The notes beneath the pieces were generated by a model. It ran no database searches, had not been told where the DNA came from, and saw only the letters and a list, made by a program, of their open reading frames with translations. The position numbers and the translations under genes were made by a program. Shown here piece after piece: positions 59,303 through 64,000 of a DNA stretch of 64,000 nt (the first letter of the stretch is position 1; every line of letters starts with the position of its first letter). This DNA comes from Alphaproteobacteria bacterium (GTDB lineage Bacteria > Pseudomonadota > Alphaproteobacteria > Rickettsiales > UBA3002), in contig JAMHWA010000018.1 in the NCBI GenBank assembly GCA_035911175.1, positions 73,500 to 137,499 on the forward strand, read 5' to 3'.

Positions 59303-60628
59303 ATGAGCACCACCACCGCCTACTTCACCGCGCCACTGTCGACGACGGATAAAGACATCTTCAACGCCATCCAGAATGAGCTTGGCCGTCAGCAACATCA
59401 GGTGGAGCTGATTGCTTCCGAGAACATCGTATCCAAAGCCGTGATGGATGCGCAAGGCTCCGTGTTCACCAACAAATACGCCGAAGGCTACCCTGGCAAA
59501 CGCTACTACGGCGGCTGTGAGTTTGCTGATGTGGTAGAGCAACTGGCGATTGACCGCGCGAAGAAACTCTTCAACACCAACTATGCCAACGTGCAGCCAA
59601 ACAGCGGCAGCCAAGCCAACCAAGGTGTGTTCAACGCGCTGCTGAAGCCCGGCGATACCATCATGGGTCAATCGCTCGCAGCGGGCGGCCACCTCACCCA
59701 CGGCGCGCCCGTCAACCAGTCGGGCAAATGGTTCAACGCCATCACCTACGGCGTGCGCGAGGACACCCACCTGCTCGATTACGATGCGATTGAAAAGCTT
59801 GCATTGGAGCACAAACCCAAACTCATCATCGCGGGCTTCTCGGCTTATCCACGTGTGGTTGATTGGGCGCGCTTCCGCCAGATTGCCGATAAAGTCGGCG
59901 CATATTTCATGGTCGATATGGCGCATATCGCAGGCCTCGTTGCTGGTGGTTCCTACCCCTCGCCACTGCCGCACGCGCATGTTGTCACCACCACCACCCA
60001 CAAAACCCTGCGCGGGCCACGCGGCGGCATGATTCTTTCCAACGTGCCTGAACTCGTGGTCGGCAAAACGCCGATGGGCAAAGACCAAACCCTCGAAATG
60101 GCCATCAACAGCAGCATTTTCCCTGGCATCCAAGGTGGGCCGCTGGTGCATGTCATGGCAGGTAAAGCCGTGGCCTATGGTGAAGCGCTGCAACCAGCCT
60201 TCAAGCAGTATGCGCAAGCCGTGGTGGATAACGCCCGTGCACTCGCAGCAGTGCTCGTCAAACGTGGCCTGAACATTGTGAGTGGCGGTACGGATAATCA
60301 CCTCGTGCTGGTCGACCTACGCCCCAAAAACGTGACGGGTAAAGCGGCGGAAGCATCGCTCGAGCGTGCTGGCCTCACCTGCAACAAAAACGCCATTCCG
60401 TTCGATCCTGCATCGCCGTTCGTCACCAGCGGCGTGCGTTTGGGAACCCCTGCGGGCACCACGCGTGGATTCGGCATCAAAGAGTTCGAAGAAATCGGCA
60501 ACCTGATTGGCGATGTACTCGATGGCCTTTCCAAAAACCCCGAAGCGCCCGAAGCGAACGCGGCGGTGGAAGCTGCCACCAAAGCGAAGGTGCGTGCGCT
60601 GACGGATAGATTCCCCATCTATAGCTAG
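59303..60628 (+). CDS. glyA: Serine hydroxymethyltransferase
   Basis: [24 protein letters not shown]-lysine motif. ATG at 59303 fits the conserved N-terminus; the track start is 59270. Confidence 0.95.
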   Translation: MSTTTAYFTAPLSTTDKDIFNAIQNELGRQQHQVELIASENIVSKAVMDAQGSVFTNKYAEGYPGKRYYGGCEFADVVEQLAIDRAKKLFNTNYANVQPNSGSQANQGVFNALLKPGDTIMGQSLAAGGHLTHGAPVNQSGKWFNAITYGVREDTHLLDYDAIEKLALEHKPKLIIAGFSAYPRVVDWARFRQIADKVGAYFMVDMAHIAGLVAGGSYPSPLPHAHVVTTTTHKTLRGPRGGMILSNVPELVVGKTPMGKDQTLEMAINSSIFPGIQGGPLVHVMAGKAVAYGEALQPAFKQYAQAVVDNARALAAVLVKRGLNIVSGGTDNHLVLVDLRPKNVTGKAAEASLERAGLTCNKNAIPFDPASPFVTSGVRLGTPAGTTRGFGIKEFEEIGNLIGDVLDGLSKNPEAPEANAAVEAATKAKVRALTDRFPIYS

Positions 60629-60636
60629 GAGATTTT

Positions 60637-61080
60637 GTGCGCTGTCCTTTCTGTAACCATGAGGATACTCAGGTAAAAGATTCTCGCCCCAGCGAGGACG
60701 GCTCCTCCATCCGCCGCCGCCGGTTCTGCCCTGCGTGCAATTCGCGCTTCACCACGTTCGAACGTGTGCAACTGCGCGAGCTGACGGTGGTGAAAAGCAA
60801 TAACGAGCGCCGCTTGTTCGACCGCGATAAAATCGCCCGCTCCATGGCCATTGCCCTGCGCAAGCGCCCTGTGGATGCGGATTCGGTGGAAATGGCCATC
60901 AACCGCATTGTGCAAAAACTCGAATCCGAAGGCGAGTCCGATATCCCCACCCGCCGCATCGGCGCACTGGTCATGGATGAACTGAAAAAACTCGATGCCG
61001 TCGCCTATATCCGCTACGCCAGCGTCTACCGCGATTTCGGCACAGCGGATGATTTCGAGAAGTTTGTCGATAAGCTGTAA
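60637..61080 (+). CDS. nrdR: Transcriptional repressor NrdR
   Basis: MRCPFCNH...[17 protein letters not shown] zinc ribbon + ATP-cone. Confidence 0.95.
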   Translation: MRCPFCNHEDTQVKDSRPSEDGSSIRRRRFCPACNSRFTTFERVQLRELTVVKSNNERRLFDRDKIARSMAIALRKRPVDADSVEMAINRIVQKLESEGESDIPTRRIGALVMDELKKLDAVAYIRYASVYRDFGTADDFEKFVDKL

Positions 61081-62162
61081 TGCTCACCGATTCCCACTTC
61101 CTCCTCCACGCCACGCGCCTTGCTAGCCGCGGCTTTGGACGCACATGGCCGAACCCCAGCGTCGGCTGCATTATTGTCAAAAACAACCATATCATCGGCC
61201 TTGGTCGCACGGCGGATGGTGGCCGCCCACATGCGGAAACCGAAGCGCTGAAGCAAGCTGGCGATGCCGCACACGGCGCCACGGCGTATGTATCGCTCGA
61301 ACCCTGCGCGCACCACGGAAAAACCCCACCCTGCGCTCAGGCGCTTATCGATGCAGGCATCGCCCGCGTGGTGATTGCGTGCGAGGACACCGACCCCCGC
61401 GTCAGCGGCAAAGGCGCCGCCATGCTGCGCGCAGCGGGCATTGACGTCATCATCAAACCCACCGCCGAAGCCATTCGCCTCAACAAAGGCTTCTTCCGCC
61501 GCATCGCGCAAAACCTGCCCCATGTCGCCCTGAAACTCGCCACCAGCCAAGATAACTTCATGGCACGGGGTGATGGCGGCGGCCAATGGCTCACGGGTGA
61601 ATTTGCGCGCCAGCACGGCCACCTGTTGCGCGGGCAGTTCGATTGCATCGTCACGGGCATCGGCACTGTGCTCGCGGATGATCCTCTTCTCACCGTGCGC
61701 CCGCCCATTGCCCCACACCCCAACCTTGTGCGCGTGGTGGCGGATAGGCAGTTGCGCCTGCCGCTTAGCAGCAAGCTCGTGAAAACTGCCAACCAGTTCC
61801 CGCTCTGGGTCATCACCCATGCCGAAGCGGTGGAATTAAACGCCAGCCACGCCACCGATCTGCGCGAGGCAGGGGTGAAATTTCTGGTGGTGGAGGATAG
61901 CGCCCTTGCCCCACGCACCATCCTTGCCGCACTCGCCACCGAGGGCATCACCCGCGCTTTTATCGAGGCTGGGCCTACGCTTTCCGCCAGTTTCCTTGCT
62001 TCAGGCCTCGTCGAAACCCTGCACCATTACTGCGCCCCCATCACGCTCGGAAATGCTGGTAAATCGCCGATAGATGGACTAAATACCACCCTCTCTAGTG
62101 CCACCCGTGTTGATGCCCGCACGCTAGGTCAGGATTCATATGAACGGTATGAGCTCTCCTAG
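61080..62162 (+). CDS. ribD: Bifunctional riboflavin biosynthesis deaminase/reductase
   Basis: HAETEAL, TLEPCAHHGKTPPC CDA motif, C-terminal reductase domain. Confidence 0.9.
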   Translation: MLTDSHFLLHATRLASRGFGRTWPNPSVGCIIVKNNHIIGLGRTADGGRPHAETEALKQAGDAAHGATAYVSLEPCAHHGKTPPCAQALIDAGIARVVIACEDTDPRVSGKGAAMLRAAGIDVIIKPTAEAIRLNKGFFRRIAQNLPHVALKLATSQDNFMARGDGGGQWLTGEFARQHGHLLRGQFDCIVTGIGTVLADDPLLTVRPPIAPHPNLVRVVADRQLRLPLSSKLVKTANQFPLWVITHAEAVELNASHATDLREAGVKFLVVEDSALAPRTILAALATEGITRAFIEAGPTLSASFLASGLVETLHHYCAPITLGNAGKSPIDGLNTTLSSATRVDARTLGQDSYERYELS

Positions 62163-62174
62163 ACACCAGCAAGA

Positions 62175-62291
62175 AAGCGGTTTATATGCGGCGAGTGCTA
62201 GGAGTCGGCGCGCACAGAAGCGCAAGTGTAGCAGCGCTACATGAGCATTCGAGCACGCCGATGACAACGCAATCGACCATAGAAACCGCTT
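62175..62291 (+). repeat. Structured intergenic repeat, copy C
   Basis: Core GCTAGGAGTCGGCGCGCACAGAAGCGCAAGTGTAGCAGCGCTACATGAGCATTCGAGCACGCCGATGACAACGCAATCGACCA; outer helix AAGCGGTTTATATG / CATAGAAACCGCTT. Confidence 0.8.
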
Positions 62292-62298
62292 GGTAGTC

Positions 62299-62910
62299 AT
62301 GTTCACAGGATTAGTAAAAACCCAAGGCACCATCCGCCGCGTCGACCAACGTGGCGATTGCATGATCACGATTGCGATGAAGGATCCCTTTGCTATCGAG
62401 GTGGGTGATTCCATTTGTGTGAACGGCATTTGCCTCACGGCCGTAAAGGTAAGCGATAACGAGTTCAAAGTGTCCCTCTCCGCCGAAACCATGAACCGCA
62501 CCACCGCGAAGGATTGGGCCGTGGGCACAGTGGTGAATCTCGAACCATCGTTGAGTGTGGGCGATGCCATGGGCGGCCATTTTGTGAGTGGGCATGTCGA
62601 TGGTTTGGCGCGGGTTGTCGCTGCCGAAAAAAGCGGTGATTCCACCATCTGGGAATTCGAAGTGCCTCCCGCACTCGCTCGCTTCATTGCCCCCAAAGGC
62701 TCCGTCACCCTCGATGGTGTTTCGCTCACTGTGAACAACGTGAAGGACACACGCGGCGTTGGCGGCACCACCGTCACCATCTTCAGCGTCAACATCATTC
62801 CCCACACCGCCAAGGTAACAAGCTTTGGCAGCTTGAAGGTGGGTGATAGCGTCAACCTCGAAGTCGATATGCTCGCGCGCTATGTGGCGCGGCTCAAGGA
62901 AGCGCCATGA
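62299..62910 (+). CDS. ribE: Riboflavin synthase
   Basis: MFTGLVKTQGTI...GDSICVNGICLT and the second repeat GSVTLDGVSLTV. Confidence 0.9.
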   Translation: MFTGLVKTQGTIRRVDQRGDCMITIAMKDPFAIEVGDSICVNGICLTAVKVSDNEFKVSLSAETMNRTTAKDWAVGTVVNLEPSLSVGDAMGGHFVSGHVDGLARVVAAEKSGDSTIWEFEVPPALARFIAPKGSVTLDGVSLTVNNVKDTRGVGGTTVTIFSVNIIPHTAKVTSFGSLKVGDSVNLEVDMLARYVARLKEAP

Positions 62911-62927
62911 TGAGAACGACAGGGTGT

Positions 62928-63046
62928 AAAACTTCTTTGTGTGAGGTGAGCGCTAGGAGCGCCCGCGCACAAGGAGTGAGTGTACACTTAGTACATGACC
63001 GACTGAGCACGGACGCGACGCCGCGATCGACCACAGAAAGAGTTTT
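62928..63046 (+). repeat. Structured intergenic repeat, copy D
   Basis: Core GCTAGGAGCGCCCGCGCACAAGGAGTGAGTGTACACTTAGTACATGACCGACTGAGCACGGACGCGACGCCGCGATCGACCA; outer helix AAAACTTCTTTGTGTG / CCACAGAAAGAGTTTT. Confidence 0.75.
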
Positions 63047-64000
63047 ATGAGCACACTCGCCACCACCGAAGAAATTATCGCCGAGGCCAAAGCAGGCCGC
63101 ATGGTCATCCTTGTTGATGACGAAGACCGCGAGAACGAGGGCGACCTTGTCATCCCCGCACAATTTTGCGATGCCGCTGCTGTCAACTACATGGCCAAAC
63201 ATGCACGCGGCCTCATCTGCTTGGCGCTCGAGAAACCACAAGTCGAGCGCCTCGGTTTGCCACCCATGGCACGCCACAATTCCAGCCGCCACGCCACTGC
63301 CTTCACGGTGAGCATCGAAGCGCGCGAGGGCGTAACAACGGGGATTTCAGCGGCGGATCGTGCGCACACCATCAGCGTCGCCATGAACCCATTGGCGCAG
63401 CCTTATGACATCGCATCCCCTGGACACATCTTCCCGCTTGAGGCGCGCGAGGGTGGTGTGCTGGTGCGCGCAGGCCATACCGAGGCCGCAGTCGATATTG
63501 CACGCCTTGCGGGCGTCACCCCAGCGGGCGTGATTTGCGAAATCATGAACGATGACGGCACCATGGCACGCCTGCCTGATCTGCTGAAATTCGCCGCCGA
63601 GCATAAACTCAAAATCGGCACGATTGCGGATTTAATTGCCTATCGCCGCCGCAGCGAAAAGCTCGTCAGCCGCATTGTCGAGAGCACCATTTCCACCAGC
63701 TTCGCGGGCGAGTGGCACTGCATCGCCTATGCGCAAAGCCCCGGCTATGCCGAGCATTTAGCATTGATAAAAAATACCGTTAGCAGCACAGCACCAACCC
63801 TTGTCAGAATGCATGCGCTGGATGTGTTGCACGATGTGCTGGGCGATAGCTCGCATGGCAAAGCAGGTATTCTGCATGCAGCTATGAAAACAATTGATGC
63901 CGAAGGTTCGGGCGTGGTGGTGCTGCTGCGCGAGCCGCGCCGCACCGCCGCCAGCGATGGGCTGAAGCTGAAACGCGGCGAGGAACCCGCAACCCCCATC
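63047..64000 (+). CDS. ribBA: Bifunctional 3,4-dihydroxy-2-butanone-4-phosphate synthase / GTP cyclohydrolase II (3'-truncated by the window)
   Basis: Hand translation: MSTLATTEEIIAEAKAGRMVILVDDEDRENEGDLVIPAQF...GHTEAAVD; runs in frame to the window end, so it is absent from the ORF track. Confidence 0.9.
   Translation, partial: MSTLATTEEIIAEAKAGRMVILVDDEDRENEGDLVIPAQFCDAAAVNYMAKHARGLICLALEKPQVERLGLPPMARHNSSRHATAFTVSIEAREGVTTGISAADRAHTISVAMNPLAQPYDIASPGHIFPLEAREGGVLVRAGHTEAAVDIARLAGVTPAGVICEIMNDDGTMARLPDLLKFAAEHKLKIGTIADLIAYRRRSEKLVSRIVESTISTSFAGEWHCIAYAQSPGYAEHLALIKNTVSSTAPTLVRMHALDVLHDVLGDSSHGKAGILHAAMKTIDAEGSGVVVLLREPRRTAASDGLKLKRGEEPATPI

Noticed and set aside
62163-63046. Possible FMN (RFN) riboswitches in the rib operon spacers
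   Set aside because: By eye, neither spacer contains the conserved RFN core segments. Both match the dispersed repeat family also found next to nadD, argB and ctpA. Formal cmsearch is still advisable.

Overview
High-GC bacterial chromosome segment. Gene order and content suggest an alphaproteobacterium (inference): radA-cvpA-purF, phoR-pstCAB, rplU-rpmA-obg-proB-proA-nadD-rsfS-rlmH, rpmH-rnpA-yidD-yidC-engB-argB, nrdR-ribD-ribE-ribBA. Most of the window is housekeeping. The one clear accessory region is an ~11.1 kb island at the 3' end of a tRNA-Ile(GAU) gene, bounded by an exact 50-bp direct repeat (8812-8861 and 19903-19952). Both arms carry 11-nt-phased GTTTRC repeats. The island holds a CapW-like WYL regulator divergent from a type II-short CBASS operon (CD-NTase, E2-only protein, patatin effector). 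That operon is preceded by an untracked, translationally coupled 57-aa ORF. The island also holds a ~270-nt structured non-coding spacer, two small exported proteins, and a tyrosine integrase placed centrally. Its AT-rich right half has a coupled 70-aa/184-aa gene pair, a RES-Xre toxin-antitoxin pair and a 414-aa orphan with a split PIN-like signature. Outside the island, the most unusual signal is a dispersed ~118-nt intergenic element: four good copies and one degenerate, all on the + strand. It has a conserved core and three nested helices with compensatory base changes between copies. Two copies bracket ribE. Other oddities: two PAS_5-like paralogs translationally coupled to pstB where phoU normally sits; an adenosine-deaminase-like/SLOG-like fusion protein at the window start; a single in-frame stop between nadD and an rsfS N-terminal Ala/Lys/Pro tail; and a lipoprotein-secretin/prepilin-peptidase cluster with no pilus or T2SS machinery. 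No rRNA, CRISPR array or transposase was seen.
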